A stretch of 64,000 nt of DNA from contig JBBDXL010000179.1 of the NCBI GenBank assembly GCA_040902335.1, positions 4,775-68,774 on the forward strand, given 5' to 3'. Every line of letters begins with the position of its first letter. Position 1 is the stretch's first letter. The position numbers and the translations under genes were made by a program. Of the stretch, positions 43,810 to 53,645 are shown piece by piece. The stretch comes from Burkholderiales bacterium. GTDB taxonomy: Bacteria > Pseudomonadota > Gammaproteobacteria > Burkholderiales > SG8-39. Below the pieces are notes generated by a model, which did not search any database, was not told where the DNA came from, and was given only the letters and a program-made list of their open reading frames with translations.

Positions 43810-45720
43810 ATGCAGCGGCTGTTCGCCGAGGGCGGACCGCTCGCAGCGCAGATTCCGGGATATCGCTTGCGTGCGCAGCAACTCGAGCTTGCGCGCGCCA
43901 TGCTCGAGGCCATCGAGCGCGACGCGCCTTTCGTTGCCGAGGCCGGCACCGGCACGGGCAAGACGCTCGCCTACCTCGTGCCGGCGCTCCTCGCCGGCGG
44001 CAAGGTGATCGTGTCGACGGGCACCAAGACGCTTCAGGACCAGCTGCACGACCGCGATCTGCCCGCGGTGCGCAAAGCGCTCGCGAGCGGCGCGGTCACC
44101 GCGCTGCTCAAAGGGCGCGCCAACTATGTGTGCCTGCACCGCCTGGAGCGTGCGACGCTCGCGGCGCGCCTCGGCAGCCGCGAGGAGGCGGCGCAACTGC
44201 GGCGGATCGAGCGCTTCGCCGCGGCGAGCGCGAGCGGCGACCGCGCCGAGCTGCCCGACGTGCCCGAGGACGCACCCGCGTGGCAGCACGCCACCTCGAC
44301 GCGAGAGAACTGCCTCGGCCAGGAATGCCCGCGCTACCAGGACTGCTTCGTGATGAAGGCGCGCCGCGCCGCCCTCGCCGCCGACGTCGTGGTCGTGAAC
44401 CACCATCTCTTCTTCGCCGACGTGGTGCTGCGCGACGAGGGCGTCGCCGAGCTGCTGCCGGCCTGCAATACCATCGTCCTGGACGAAGCACACCAGCTTC
44501 CGGACACGGCGCGCCTGTTCTTCGGCGAGATTCTGGCGAGCGGCCGGCTCACGGAGCTCGCGCGCGACGCGCGGCTCGAGCTCGTCGCCGCGGGCGGCGC
44601 CGCGCCCGAGCTCGAGCGCCCCGCCGCGCGCCTGGATAAAGCGGCACGCGACCTGCGGCTCGCTTTCGCCGAGGAGCCGGTACGCATGGCGTGGTCGCAG
44701 GCCGCGGCGCGGCCGGGGTTCGCCGGCGCCCTGGCGGAGCTCGGCGATGCACTCGCGGCGCTCGCCGCGGCGCTCGCCGCGCAGGCCGAGCGGAGCGAAG
44801 GCCTCAAGTCCTGCGCGCAGCGCGCCGCCGCAGCGCAGGAGCTGCTGGCCCGGCTCGCCGGCGCGCAGGACGAGAAACGGGTGCGCTGGGTGGAGGTGTT
44901 CCCGCACGCGGTACAGCTGCACCTCACCCCCCTTTCCTGCGCCGAGCTGTTCCAGCGCCAGCTCGAGGAGGCGCCGCGCGCCTGGATCTTCACCTCGGCG
45001 ACGCTCGCCATCGGCGGCGACTTCTCGCACTACCAGCGCGAGATGGGGCTGGAGGCGGCGACGGCGCGCAGCTGGCCGAGCCCTTACGACTTCGCCAGCC
45101 AAGCACTGCTCTATGTGCCTATGGCGATGCCCGATGACCCGAACGATCCCGGGTTCACCGAGGCGGTGGTGAACGCCGCGCTGCCGGTGATCGAGGCGAG
45201 CCGCGGGCGCGCGTTCCTGCTCTTCACGACGCTGCGCGCGCTGCGCCGCGCGCACCAGCTGCTGCGCGACGAGCTGCCGTATCCGCTCCTCGTACAGGGC
45301 ACCGGCTCGAGGAGCGAGCTGCTCGAGCGCTTCCGGCGCCTGGGCAATGCCGTTCTGCTCGGCAGTGCTTCGTTCCGCGAGGGCGTGGACGTGCGCGGCG
45401 AGGCGCTGTCCGTGGTGGTGATCGACAAGCTGCCCTTCGCACCGCCCGACGACCCGGTGCTCGCGGCGCGGATCGACGCGCTGCGCGCCGCCGGCGGCAA
45501 CCCGTTCACCGAGTTCCAGCTGCCGCAGGCGATCCTGCAGCTCAAGCAGGGTGCGGGGCGCCTCATCCGCGATGAAACGGACCGCGGCGTGCTCATGCTG
45601 TGCGATCCGCGCCTGTACTCGCGCCCCTACGGGCGGCTGGTGCGCGAGAGCCTGCCGCCGATGAAACCGACGCGCGAGCTGGCGGAAGTGCGCGCGTTTC
45701 TCGCTAGAATCGGCGCATGA
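43810..45720 (+). CDS. yoaA: DinG-family ATP-dependent DNA helicase, YoaA type
   Basis: From ATG 43810 (636 aa): ..AQIPGYRLRAQQLELARAM...VAEAGTGTGKTLAYLVPAL..., DEAH box (LDEAHQL), and four Cys of an Fe-S cluster (C..C..C..C between LKGRANYVCLHRL and CPRYQDCF). Confidence 0.88.
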   Translation: MQRLFAEGGPLAAQIPGYRLRAQQLELARAMLEAIERDAPFVAEAGTGTGKTLAYLVPALLAGGKVIVSTGTKTLQDQLHDRDLPAVRKALASGAVTALLKGRANYVCLHRLERATLAARLGSREEAAQLRRIERFAAASASGDRAELPDVPEDAPAWQHATSTRENCLGQECPRYQDCFVMKARRAALAADVVVVNHHLFFADVVLRDEGVAELLPACNTIVLDEAHQLPDTARLFFGEILASGRLTELARDARLELVAAGGAAPELERPAARLDKAARDLRLAFAEEPVRMAWSQAAARPGFAGALAELGDALAALAAALAAQAERSEGLKSCAQRAAAAQELLARLAGAQDEKRVRWVEVFPHAVQLHLTPLSCAELFQRQLEEAPRAWIFTSATLAIGGDFSHYQREMGLEAATARSWPSPYDFASQALLYVPMAMPDDPNDPGFTEAVVNAALPVIEASRGRAFLLFTTLRALRRAHQLLRDELPYPLLVQGTGSRSELLERFRRLGNAVLLGSASFREGVDVRGEALSVVVIDKLPFAPPDDPVLAARIDALRAAGGNPFTEFQLPQAILQLKQGAGRLIRDETDRGVLMLCDPRLYSRPYGRLVRESLPPMKPTRELAEVRAFLARIGA

Positions 45721-46682
45721 AGATCCTCATCACGGGCGGCGGCGGTTTCCTCGGCTTCAGGCTCGCCAGGGCGCTCGTCGCCCGCGGGCAACTGGGCGGC
45801 AAGCCAATCACTTCGATCACCTTGCTCGATGGCGCCTTTCCGGACGCGGCGGCGAAGGAGCCGCGCCTGAATGTGGTCACGGGGGACATCTCGGACGCGA
45901 GGACGCTGGCGCAAGTCTGCCCGCCGGACACCGACGCCGTGTTCCACCTCGCGGCGGTGGTGAGCGGCGCGGCCGAGGCCAACTTCGATCTCGGCATGCG
46001 CGTGAACCTCAAGGGTACGGAGCTGCTGCTGGCGCAGATGCGCAAGTGCGCCAAGCCGCCGCGGCTGGTCTACACCAGCTCGGTGGCGGCGTTCGGCGGC
46101 GAGCTGCCGGCGGTGCTGGACGATTCGACCATCGCCAACCCGCAGACCTCCTACGGCACGCAGAAAGTGATCGGCGAGTACCTCGTGAGCGACTATTCCA
46201 GGAAGGGCTTCATCGACGGACGGTCTCTGCGGCTGCCCACCATCGTGGTGCGCGCGGGCAAGCCGAACGCGGCCGCGTCCTCGTTCGCGAGCGGCATGCT
46301 GCGCGAGCCGCTGAACGGCGTCGTCTCCGAATGCCCGGTGGGGCCGGACACCGGCGTATGGATGCTCTCGCCGGGGCGCGTGGTCGAGGCTTTCCTGCAC
46401 GCCTGGGAACTCCCGGCCGCGGCCTGGGGCACGCAGCGCTGGCTGAACCTGCCCGGCATCACGGCGAGCGTCGCGCAGATGATCGAGGCGCTGAAGAAGG
46501 TGGCGGGCCCCAAGGTTGCGGCGCTGGTGTCCTACGAGCCGGACGCCCGCATCCAGGCCATCGTGGAGACCTGGCCGGTGAACTTCAGGACGCCGCGCGC
46601 GCTGGCGATGGGCTTCGCCCCGGATCGCGACGTCGAGTCGATCATCCGCGACTACGTCGCGGACGAAGGCCTCGGGATCTGA
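45717..46682 (+). CDS. NAD-dependent epimerase/dehydratase (extended SDR) family protein
   Basis: 321 aa: MKILITGGGGFLG.., ..YGTQK.. catalytic YxxxK. ATGA overlap with the yoaA stop. Confidence 0.85.
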   Translation: MKILITGGGGFLGFRLARALVARGQLGGKPITSITLLDGAFPDAAAKEPRLNVVTGDISDARTLAQVCPPDTDAVFHLAAVVSGAAEANFDLGMRVNLKGTELLLAQMRKCAKPPRLVYTSSVAAFGGELPAVLDDSTIANPQTSYGTQKVIGEYLVSDYSRKGFIDGRSLRLPTIVVRAGKPNAAASSFASGMLREPLNGVVSECPVGPDTGVWMLSPGRVVEAFLHAWELPAAAWGTQRWLNLPGITASVAQMIEALKKVAGPKVAALVSYEPDARIQAIVETWPVNFRTPRALAMGFAPDRDVESIIRDYVADEGLGI

Positions 46683-47489
46683 TCACCAATCCGGGTCCCA
46701 GATACGCCACCACGAGACGTCGCGCTTCACCGGGCCCTTGAAGTAGGGGCTGTCGGGGAAGTTGCGGCGCATGACGCGTTCGGCGTCGGCGCGCAGGTCC
46801 TCGACGCCCAGCGCCTCGTAGGCGCGCATCATGATGAACAGCGCCTCTTCGGTGGCCGGCGCCTGCGGGTAGTCGGCCAATGCGGTCTGCGCGCGATTGG
46901 CGGCGGCGAGCCAGGCGCCGCGCTTCATGTAGAAGCGCGCCACGTGCACCTCGTGCCGCGCGAGCGAATTCACCAGGTAGCGCATGCGCGCCGCCGAGTC
47001 CTCGGCGTACTTCGAGCCCGGAAAGCGGGTCACCACCTCGCGGAACGCGGCGAAGGCCTCGCGCGCCGCCTTCGGGTCGCGCTCGGCGAGGTCCGGGTCG
47101 GAAAGGATGGCGAACAGGCCCGAGTTCTCGGTGAAGTTGATCAGTCCCTTCAGGTAGTACGCGTAGTCGAGCACCTCATGGTTGGGATAGAGCTTGATGA
47201 AGCGGTCGACGGCGGCGATGGCCGCGGCGCGCTCGTCGAACTTCCAGTGCGCGTAGGCGACGTCGAGCTGCGCCTGCTGCGCGAAGCGCCCGTACGGAAA
47301 GCGCGCCTCGAGCTTCTCCAGGTACTTGATGGCCTTCGCCCAGTCGCGCTCCTTCATGGCGCCGCGCGCCTCGCCGTGCAGGCGCTCGACCGACCAGCCG
47401 GCAGTCTCGTCGGGCGCTTCCTGCGTGCCGCTGCAGCCGGCGAGCGCCAGCGCGGCGGCGGCGGCGAGAGCAAGTACACTTGTTCGCAT
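46683..47489 (-). CDS. bamD: Outer membrane protein assembly factor BamD
   Basis: 268 aa with lipobox LALAGC and TPR-like repeats (..AIKYLEKLEARFPYGRFAQQAQLDVAYAHWK..). Confidence 0.92.
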   Translation of the reverse strand: MRTSVLALAAAAALALAGCSGTQEAPDETAGWSVERLHGEARGAMKERDWAKAIKYLEKLEARFPYGRFAQQAQLDVAYAHWKFDERAAAIAAVDRFIKLYPNHEVLDYAYYLKGLINFTENSGLFAILSDPDLAERDPKAAREAFAAFREVVTRFPGSKYAEDSAARMRYLVNSLARHEVHVARFYMKRGAWLAAANRAQTALADYPQAPATEEALFIMMRAYEALGVEDLRADAERVMRRNFPDSPYFKGPVKRDVSWWRIWDPDW

Positions 47490-47550
47490 GGGGCGCGATT
47501 ATACGGACGCGGACGACCACGCCGGCTGGGACGCGAGCTTCGTCGCGCCG

Positions 47551-48450
47551 ATGAGCGCCGAGGCGCCGCGCGCGCTGGCCGGACTGCGCTTGGACCAGGC
47601 GCTGGCGCGCATGTTCCCGCAGTACTCGCGGAGCCGCCTGCAGGCCTGGCTCGCCGCGGGCCACATCACCGTCGACGGCGCGGGCGCCGCGGCCCGCACC
47701 CTGGTGCGCGGCGGCGAGCGCGTGGCGCTCGCGCCGCCTGCGGCGCCCGATGCGGCGCCGCGCGCGCAGCGCATGCCCCTCAAAGTGGTCTACGAGGACG
47801 ACGAGCTGGCGGTCATCGACAAGCCGGCCGGGCTGGTAGTGCACCCGGGCGCCGGCCAGCCGGACCGCACGCTCATGAACGCGCTGCTCGCGCACGCGCC
47901 GCAGCTCGCCGGCGTGCCGCGCGCCGGCATCGTGCACCGCCTCGACAAGGACACCACCGGGCTCATCGTGGTGGCGAAGACGCTCGAGGCGCAGACCAGC
48001 CTCGTGCGGCAGCTCGGCGAGCGCAGCATGCGCCGCGTGTACTGGGCGGTGGTGCAGGGCGACCCGCCGGCGAGCGGCGTCATCGATGCGCCGGTGGGGC
48101 GCGATGCGCGCGCGCGCACGCGCATGGCGGTCACGCGCCGCGGCAAGGACGCGGTGACGCGCTACCGCGTGCTCGAGCGCTACGGGCGCGCGGCGCTGGT
48201 CGAATGCCGCCTGGAAACCGGGCGCACGCACCAGATCCGCGTGCATTTCCAGCACATCCGCCACCCGATCGTCGGCGAGGCGACCTACCGTCGCGGCACG
48301 CGCCACGGGATCGCGTTCACGCGCCAGGCGCTGCACGCGGTCGAGCTCTCGCTGACGCATCCGCGAACCGGCAAGCCGATGACCTGGCGCACCGAGCCGC
48401 CCGCCGACTTCCGCGGCCTGCTCAAGCGCTTGCGCGATGATCGTCCCTGA
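47551..48450 (+). CDS. rluD: 23S rRNA pseudouridine synthase RluD
   Basis: S4 domain (LRLDQALARMFPQYSRSRLQAWL..) followed by ..GIVHRLDKDTTGLIVVAKT.. catalytic Asp motif. I prefer the start at ATG 47551. The alternative ATG 47488 would overlap the bamD start codon. Confidence 0.88.
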   Translation: MSAEAPRALAGLRLDQALARMFPQYSRSRLQAWLAAGHITVDGAGAAARTLVRGGERVALAPPAAPDAAPRAQRMPLKVVYEDDELAVIDKPAGLVVHPGAGQPDRTLMNALLAHAPQLAGVPRAGIVHRLDKDTTGLIVVAKTLEAQTSLVRQLGERSMRRVYWAVVQGDPPASGVIDAPVGRDARARTRMAVTRRGKDAVTRYRVLERYGRAALVECRLETGRTHQIRVHFQHIRHPIVGEATYRRGTRHGIAFTRQALHAVELSLTHPRTGKPMTWRTEPPADFRGLLKRLRDDRP

Positions 48451-49078
48451 TTGGCCGGCAGCGCAACGCGTGCGCGCGCTCCTCACCACGCGCGGCGAGG
48501 GTGACCCGCCGCTGCCCGCCGCGCCCGTGTGGCTCAGGCAGGTGCACGGCAGGCGCGTCGTCGACGCGGAGCGGGCAGGCGAGCGGCCGCAGGCGGATGC
48601 GTCGGTGGCGAGGCGAGCGCACGTGGTCTGCGCGGTGCAGGCGGCGGACTGCATGCCGGTGCTCTTCGCCGACGAGGACGGATCGGTGGTCGGCGCCGCG
48701 CACGCGGGCTGGCGCGGGCTCGCCGCCGGGGTGATCGAGGCGACCGTGGACGAGATGCGCGTCCCGGCCCGCACGCTCATGGCCTGGCTCGGGCCCGCCA
48801 TCGGGCCGGCGCACTACGAGGTGGGCGCCGAAGTGCGCGACGCGTTCCTCGCGCGCGATGCCCGTGCCGCGGCTGCATTCGTCCCCAATCGCCCCGGGCA
48901 CTGGCTGCTCGACCTTTACGCCGTGGCGCGCCAGCGGCTCGCCGCGCGCGGCGTGAGCCGCGTCTACGGCGGGGGCTTCTGCACCTACAGCGACGCGGCT
49001 CGCTTTCCCTCGTGGCGGCGCGATCGCACGCGCGAGCGCATCGCCGCGTTCGTGTGGTTAGAATCGCGCTCCCCATGA
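48437..49078 (+). CDS. pgeF: Peptidoglycan editing factor PgeF (YfiH/laccase-domain protein)
   Basis: 213 aa: ..QVHG..., ..ADCMPVLF.., ..AHAGWRGLAAGV.. are the conserved His/Cys/His motifs. Confidence 0.9.
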   Translation: MIVPDWPAAQRVRALLTTRGEGDPPLPAAPVWLRQVHGRRVVDAERAGERPQADASVARRAHVVCAVQAADCMPVLFADEDGSVVGAAHAGWRGLAAGVIEATVDEMRVPARTLMAWLGPAIGPAHYEVGAEVRDAFLARDARAAAAFVPNRPGHWLLDLYAVARQRLAARGVSRVYGGGFCTYSDAARFPSWRRDRTRERIAAFVWLESRSP

Positions 49079-49836
49079 CCCTCACCTGGATCGTGCTGGC
49101 GTGCCTGGCGGGCGGCGTGCTCTCAGTCGGCGCCGCCGCGTTCGCGCTGGTGCTGCGCGCGACTTGGGTGCCGATGCTCGTGTCCTTCGCCATCGGCACG
49201 CTGCTCGGCGCGGCCTTCCTCGAGGTCGTCCCGCACGCCTTCGAGGCCGGGGACGCGCACCAGGCGGCGGCCGCGATCCTCGCCGGCATCCTGGGCTTCT
49301 TCCTGCTGGAGAAGCTCCTGCTGTGGCGGCACTCGCACGAGCACGGCGAGGAGGGCGGGCCCACGCACCATCAGGAGCACGCGCGTGCCGGCACGCTCAT
49401 CCTGATCGGCGACACGGTGCACAACTTCATCGACGGCGTGCTCATCGCGGCGGCCTTCCTGCAGAGCCCTGAGCTCGGGCTGGTGACCGCGATCGCCATC
49501 GTCGCGCACGAGATCCCGCAGGAGGTGGGCGATTTCCTCGTGCTGCTGCACTCGGGCTATTCGAAGGCGAGGGCCTTCGCCCTGAACGTCGTGTCCTCGA
49601 TGGGCAGCGTGGTAGGCGGCGTGCTGGGCTACTTCGCGCTGCAGCGGTTCGAGGACTGGGAGCCTGCGCTCCTCGGGATCGTCGCGGCGAGCATGATCTA
49701 CGTGGCGGTGGCTGACCTGATCCCGGGCCTGCACAAGCGGCCCGAACTGCGGGCGACCGCGCAGCAGGCACTGCTGATCACCGCCGGAGTGGCGGTGATC
49801 GGTCTGGTTCGCATGCTGGTGGCGGACGCGCACTAG
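49075..49836 (+). CDS. ZIP-family metal (zinc/iron) permease
   Basis: From ATG 49075 (ATGA overlap with the pgeF stop): a His-rich loop HSHEHGEEGGPTHHQEH, ..HNFIDGV.. and ..HEIPQEVGDF.. ZIP signatures. Confidence 0.9.
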   Translation: MTLTWIVLACLAGGVLSVGAAAFALVLRATWVPMLVSFAIGTLLGAAFLEVVPHAFEAGDAHQAAAAILAGILGFFLLEKLLLWRHSHEHGEEGGPTHHQEHARAGTLILIGDTVHNFIDGVLIAAAFLQSPELGLVTAIAIVAHEIPQEVGDFLVLLHSGYSKARAFALNVVSSMGSVVGGVLGYFALQRFEDWEPALLGIVAASMIYVAVADLIPGLHKRPELRATAQQALLITAGVAVIGLVRMLVADAH

Positions 49837-49865
49837 CGTACGGTGGGCCAACGGCCCACCCTACG
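49837..49865 (+). terminator. Hairpin after the ZIP gene (weak terminator candidate)
   Basis: CGTA-C-GGTGGGCC-AAC-GGCCCACC-C-TACG. The downstream tract is only partly T-rich (GTGTTTG). It argues that phaC starts downstream of 49843. Confidence 0.4.
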
Positions 49866-51633
49866 GCGGGTGTTTGACCGGCCCCGTTTGTGCGGCGCAA
49901 AATACCCGCCCTTGAGTTCGCCCCAGCCACAGTCAGCCGCCGCCTTCCTCGCCGCCATCGCCCAGTCCGGCAATGACGCGGCGCAGAACTGGCTGCGCCT
50001 CGCCGCCAGCGCGCCCGCCCCGGGCACTCCGGCCGGCTACCTCGCGCGCCTGGCCGCGGACGGCGAGCGCGCCGGCGCGCTGCAGGCGCAGTACCTGGAC
50101 AAGCAGAGAAAGCTCTGGCAGGCGCTCGCCGCCGGCATGCGCGAGGCGGGCGTGCGCGCCGCGCCCGGCGACCGGCGCTTCGCGGCGCGCGAGTGGCGCG
50201 AGGACCCCTATTACAGCTACCTGCAGCAGTCCTATCTGCTCGCCGCCGAGTACCTGGAGCAGCTGGTCGAGGCCTCGGCGCTCGAAGGCCAGGCCAAGGA
50301 GCGGCTGCGCTTCAGCGTGCGCCAGTGGGTGGACGCGGTCAGTCCGGCGAACTTCGCCGCCACCAATCCCGAGGTGCTGCGCCTCGCGCGGGAAACGCGC
50401 GGCGAGAGCCTAACGCGCGGCCTCGCGCACCTGATCGCCGACGCGGGCCGCGGCCGCATCGGCCAGAGCGACGAGTCGGCGTTCGAGGTCGGCCGCAACC
50501 TCGCTGTCACGCCGGGCACGGTGATCCACGAGAACGAGCTGATGCAGCTCATCCAGTACGCGCCGTCGAGCGCCGAGGTGGCGCGGCGCCCGCTGGTGAT
50601 GGTGCCGCCCTGCATCAACAAGTACTACATCCTCGACCTGCAGCCCGAGAACTCGTTCGTACGCTACGCCGTGGCCGAGGGCCACACGGTGTTCATGGTG
50701 TCCTGGAGGAACGTCGGGCCCGAGCAGGGCGGCTACGGCTGGGACGACTACCTGGAAATGGGCGTGCTCGAAGCGCTGCGCGCCGCGCGCGCGATCACGA
50801 AGTCGGACCGCGTGAACGCGCTCGGCTTTTGCGTAGGCGGCACGCTGCTCGGCGCCGCGCTCGCGGTGCTGGCGGCGAAGGGCGAGGACCTGGTGGAGAG
50901 CGCCACCTACCTCACCACCATGCTCGATTTTTCCGACACCGGCCAGATCGGCCTGTTCGTGGACGAGACGAGCGTCGCGGCGCGCGAAGCGACGCTCGGG
51001 CGCGGCGGCATCCTGCCCGGCGCAGAGCTGGCGACGGTGTTCTCCGCGCTCCGCGCCAACGACCTCATCTGGCCCTACGTGGTGAACAACTACCTGAAGG
51101 GCGGCACGCCGCCGGCGTTCGACCTCCTGTACTGGAACGCCGACAGCACCAACCTGCCCGGGCCGATGGTCTGCTGGTACCTGCGCCACACGTACCTGGA
51201 GAACGCGCTGCGCACGCCGGGCGCGGTCACGAACCTCGGCGTGCAGGTGGATCTGGGCAAGGTGGACCGGCCGAGCTTCATCGTCGCCACGCGCGAGGAT
51301 CACATCGTGCCCTGGCGCTCGGCCTACCGCTCCGTGCAGCTCCTCGGCGGCGAGAAGACGTTCGTGCTCGGCGCCGCCGGCCACGTCGCCGGCGTCATCA
51401 ACCCGGCGGCGAAGAAGCGCCGCAGCTACTGGGCGGGCGCACCGTATCCCGCGGACCCGCAGGCGTGGCTCGCGCGTGCGGCCGAGCGCCCGGGGAGCTG
51501 GTGGCCGCAATGGGCCGCGTGGCTCGGCAGCTACCAGGGCGGCAAGCGCAAGGCGCCGCGCAAGCCGGGCAATGCCCGCTTCCGGGCGATCGAGCCGGCG
51601 CCCGGCCGCTACGTGAAGCAGAAGGCAAACTAG
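49843..51633 (+). CDS. phaC: Class I poly(R)-hydroxyalkanoate synthase
   Basis: ..RRFAAREWREDPYYSYLQQSYLL.., ..PPCINKYYILDLQPENSFV.., lipase-box GFCVGG, ..DHIVPW.., C-terminal ..AIEPAPGRYVKQKA. The start is uncertain: in-frame GTG 49843, GTG 49870 or TTG 49912. Confidence 0.92.
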   Translation: MGQRPTLRRVFDRPRLCGAKYPPLSSPQPQSAAAFLAAIAQSGNDAAQNWLRLAASAPAPGTPAGYLARLAADGERAGALQAQYLDKQRKLWQALAAGMREAGVRAAPGDRRFAAREWREDPYYSYLQQSYLLAAEYLEQLVEASALEGQAKERLRFSVRQWVDAVSPANFAATNPEVLRLARETRGESLTRGLAHLIADAGRGRIGQSDESAFEVGRNLAVTPGTVIHENELMQLIQYAPSSAEVARRPLVMVPPCINKYYILDLQPENSFVRYAVAEGHTVFMVSWRNVGPEQGGYGWDDYLEMGVLEALRAARAITKSDRVNALGFCVGGTLLGAALAVLAAKGEDLVESATYLTTMLDFSDTGQIGLFVDETSVAAREATLGRGGILPGAELATVFSALRANDLIWPYVVNNYLKGGTPPAFDLLYWNADSTNLPGPMVCWYLRHTYLENALRTPGAVTNLGVQVDLGKVDRPSFIVATREDHIVPWRSAYRSVQLLGGEKTFVLGAAGHVAGVINPAAKKRRSYWAGAPYPADPQAWLARAAERPGSWWPQWAAWLGSYQGGKRKAPRKPGNARFRAIEPAPGRYVKQKAN

Positions 51634-51651
51634 GAAAACGAGGAGCAAGCC

Positions 51652-52827
51652 ATGGAAGACATCGTCATCGTCGGCGCAGCCCGCAGCGCCATCGGCAAGT
51701 TCGGGGGCACGCTGGCGAAGACGCCCGCGTCGGACCTCGGCGCGCACATCATGCGCAAGCTGCTCGAGCGCTCCGGCGTGCGTCCCGAGCAGGTCTCCGA
51801 GGTGATCCTCGGCCAGGTGCTCGCCGCGGGCGTCGGCCAGAACCCGGCGCGCCAGGCGGCGATCAAGGCGGGACTACCGGACATGATCCCGGCCATGACC
51901 ATCAACAAGGTGTGCGGCTCGGGGCTGAAGGCGGTGATGCTCGCCGCGCAATCGGTGGCCAACGGCGACTCCGACCTGGTGGTCGCGGGCGGCCAGGAGA
52001 ACATGAGCATCGCGCCGCACGTGCTGAACGGCTCGCGCGACGGCTTTCGCATGGGCGACGCGAAGATAATCGACTCGATGATCGTCGACGGCCTGTGGGA
52101 CGCGTTCAACCAGTACCACATGGGCGTCACCGCGGAGAACGTGGCCAAGGAATACGCCGTGACGCGCGAGGAGCAGGACGAGTTCGCGGTCAAGAGCCAG
52201 AACAAGACCGAGGCCGCGCAGAAGGCGGGGCGCTTCAAGGACGAGATCATCCCCTTCGAGATCCCGTCGAGGAAGGGGCCGGTGGTGTTCGCCGACGACG
52301 AGTACCCGCGCCACGGTGCGACGCTCGAGGCGATGAAGGGCCTGAAGCCGGCTTTCGACAACAACGGCACGGTGACCGCGGCGAACGCCTCGGGCATCAA
52401 CGACGGCGCCGCCATGGTGCTGGTGACGAGCGCGCGCAAGGCCAGGGAGCTCGGCTTGAAGCCGATCGCGCGCATCAAGGCCTTTGCCTCGGCGGGCGTC
52501 GATCCGAAGTACATGGGCATGGGCCCGGTGCCCGCCTCCAAGCGCTGCCTGGCGCGCGCCGGCTGGGAGCCGAAGGACCTCGAGCTGATGGAGATCAACG
52601 AGGCCTTTGCCTCGCAGGCTATCGCCGTCAACCGGCAGATGGGCTGGGATACCTCCAGGGTGAACGTCAACGGCGGCGCCATCGCGCTCGGGCATCCGAT
52701 CGGCGCCTCGGGCTGTCGCATCCTGGTGACGCTCCTGCACGAGATGCAAAAGCGCGACGCGAAGAAGGGCCTGGCGTCGCTGTGCATCGGCGGCGGCATG
52801 GGCGTGGCGCTGGCGGTGGAGCGATGA
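51652..52827 (+). CDS. phaA: Acetyl-CoA acetyltransferase (beta-ketothiolase)
   Basis: 391 aa: ..[11 protein letters not shown].. active-site Cys, ..[17 protein letters not shown].., ..CIGGGMG.. Confidence 0.93.
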   Translation: MEDIVIVGAARSAIGKFGGTLAKTPASDLGAHIMRKLLERSGVRPEQVSEVILGQVLAAGVGQNPARQAAIKAGLPDMIPAMTINKVCGSGLKAVMLAAQSVANGDSDLVVAGGQENMSIAPHVLNGSRDGFRMGDAKIIDSMIVDGLWDAFNQYHMGVTAENVAKEYAVTREEQDEFAVKSQNKTEAAQKAGRFKDEIIPFEIPSRKGPVVFADDEYPRHGATLEAMKGLKPAFDNNGTVTAANASGINDGAAMVLVTSARKARELGLKPIARIKAFASAGVDPKYMGMGPVPASKRCLARAGWEPKDLELMEINEAFASQAIAVNRQMGWDTSRVNVNGGAIALGHPIGASGCRILVTLLHEMQKRDAKKGLASLCIGGGMGVALAVER

Positions 52828-53615
52828 GCGCGGTGCTGGAGCGGGAGAACGCCGCCGGGGAGCAGGGGCGGCCGGCGACGACGCGCGTCGCGTTCGTCTC
52901 CGGCGGCATGGGCGGCATCGGCACGGCGATCTGCCGGCGCCTGGGCGCCGCGGGGCACACGGTGGTCGCGGGCTGCCTGCCGGACTACGACAAGAAGGCC
53001 GAGTGGCTGGCGGCGATGCGCAGTGAAGGCTGGCGCGTGCACGCCGCCGAGGGCGACGTCGCAGAATTCGAGAGCTGCGCGGAAATGTTCTACCACGTGC
53101 GCTCGGTGGTGGGCCCGGTGGAGATCCTCGTCAACAACGCCGGCATCACGCGCGACAGCATCTTCAAGCGCATGACCGAGCAGGACTGGATGGCGGTGAT
53201 CAACACCAATCTCAACAGCGTGTTCAACGTCACGCGCCAGGTGATCGACGGCATGAGCGAGCGCGGCTGGGGGCGCATCGTCAACATCTCCTCGGTGAAC
53301 GCCATCAAGGGGCAGTTCGGGCAGACCAACTACTCGGCGGCGAAGGCCGGCATGGCGGGCTTCTCCAAGGCGCTGGCGCAGGAGGTGGTGAGGAAGGGCG
53401 TCACCGTGAACACCGTCTCGCCGGGCTACGTCGAGACCGACCTGGTGAAGGCGATTCGCCCGGAGATCCGCGAGAGAATCGTCGCCTCGATCCCGATGGG
53501 GCGCCTGGCGCAGCCCGCAGAAGTCGCCGCGGTGGTGGCGTTCCTCGTCTCCGAGGACGCGGGCTACATCACCGGCGCCAACATCTCGGTGAACGGCGGC
53601 ATGCACATGATGTAG
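52824..53615 (+). CDS. phaB: Acetoacetyl-CoA reductase paralogue 1 (with a ~17-aa N-terminal extension)
   Basis: From ATG 52824 (ATGA overlap with the phaA stop): ..[15 protein letters not shown].., NNAGITRD, ..[12 protein letters not shown].., ..[12 protein letters not shown]. Confidence 0.88.
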   Translation: MSAVLERENAAGEQGRPATTRVAFVSGGMGGIGTAICRRLGAAGHTVVAGCLPDYDKKAEWLAAMRSEGWRVHAAEGDVAEFESCAEMFYHVRSVVGPVEILVNNAGITRDSIFKRMTEQDWMAVINTNLNSVFNVTRQVIDGMSERGWGRIVNISSVNAIKGQFGQTNYSAAKAGMAGFSKALAQEVVRKGVTVNTVSPGYVETDLVKAIRPEIRERIVASIPMGRLAQPAEVAAVVAFLVSEDAGYITGANISVNGGMHMM

Positions 53616-53645
53616 TAGACTCGTTTCGGAGGAGGAGGGGACAAC

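Noticed and set aside
47487-47490. bamD and rluD start codons apparently sharing a CATG palindrome (divergent genes overlapping by 2 nt)
   Set aside because: More likely this is an artefact of taking the longest rluD ORF. An ATG at 47551 gives an N-terminus of normal length before the S4 domain (..LRLDQALARMF..) and leaves 61 bp for the divergent promoters.
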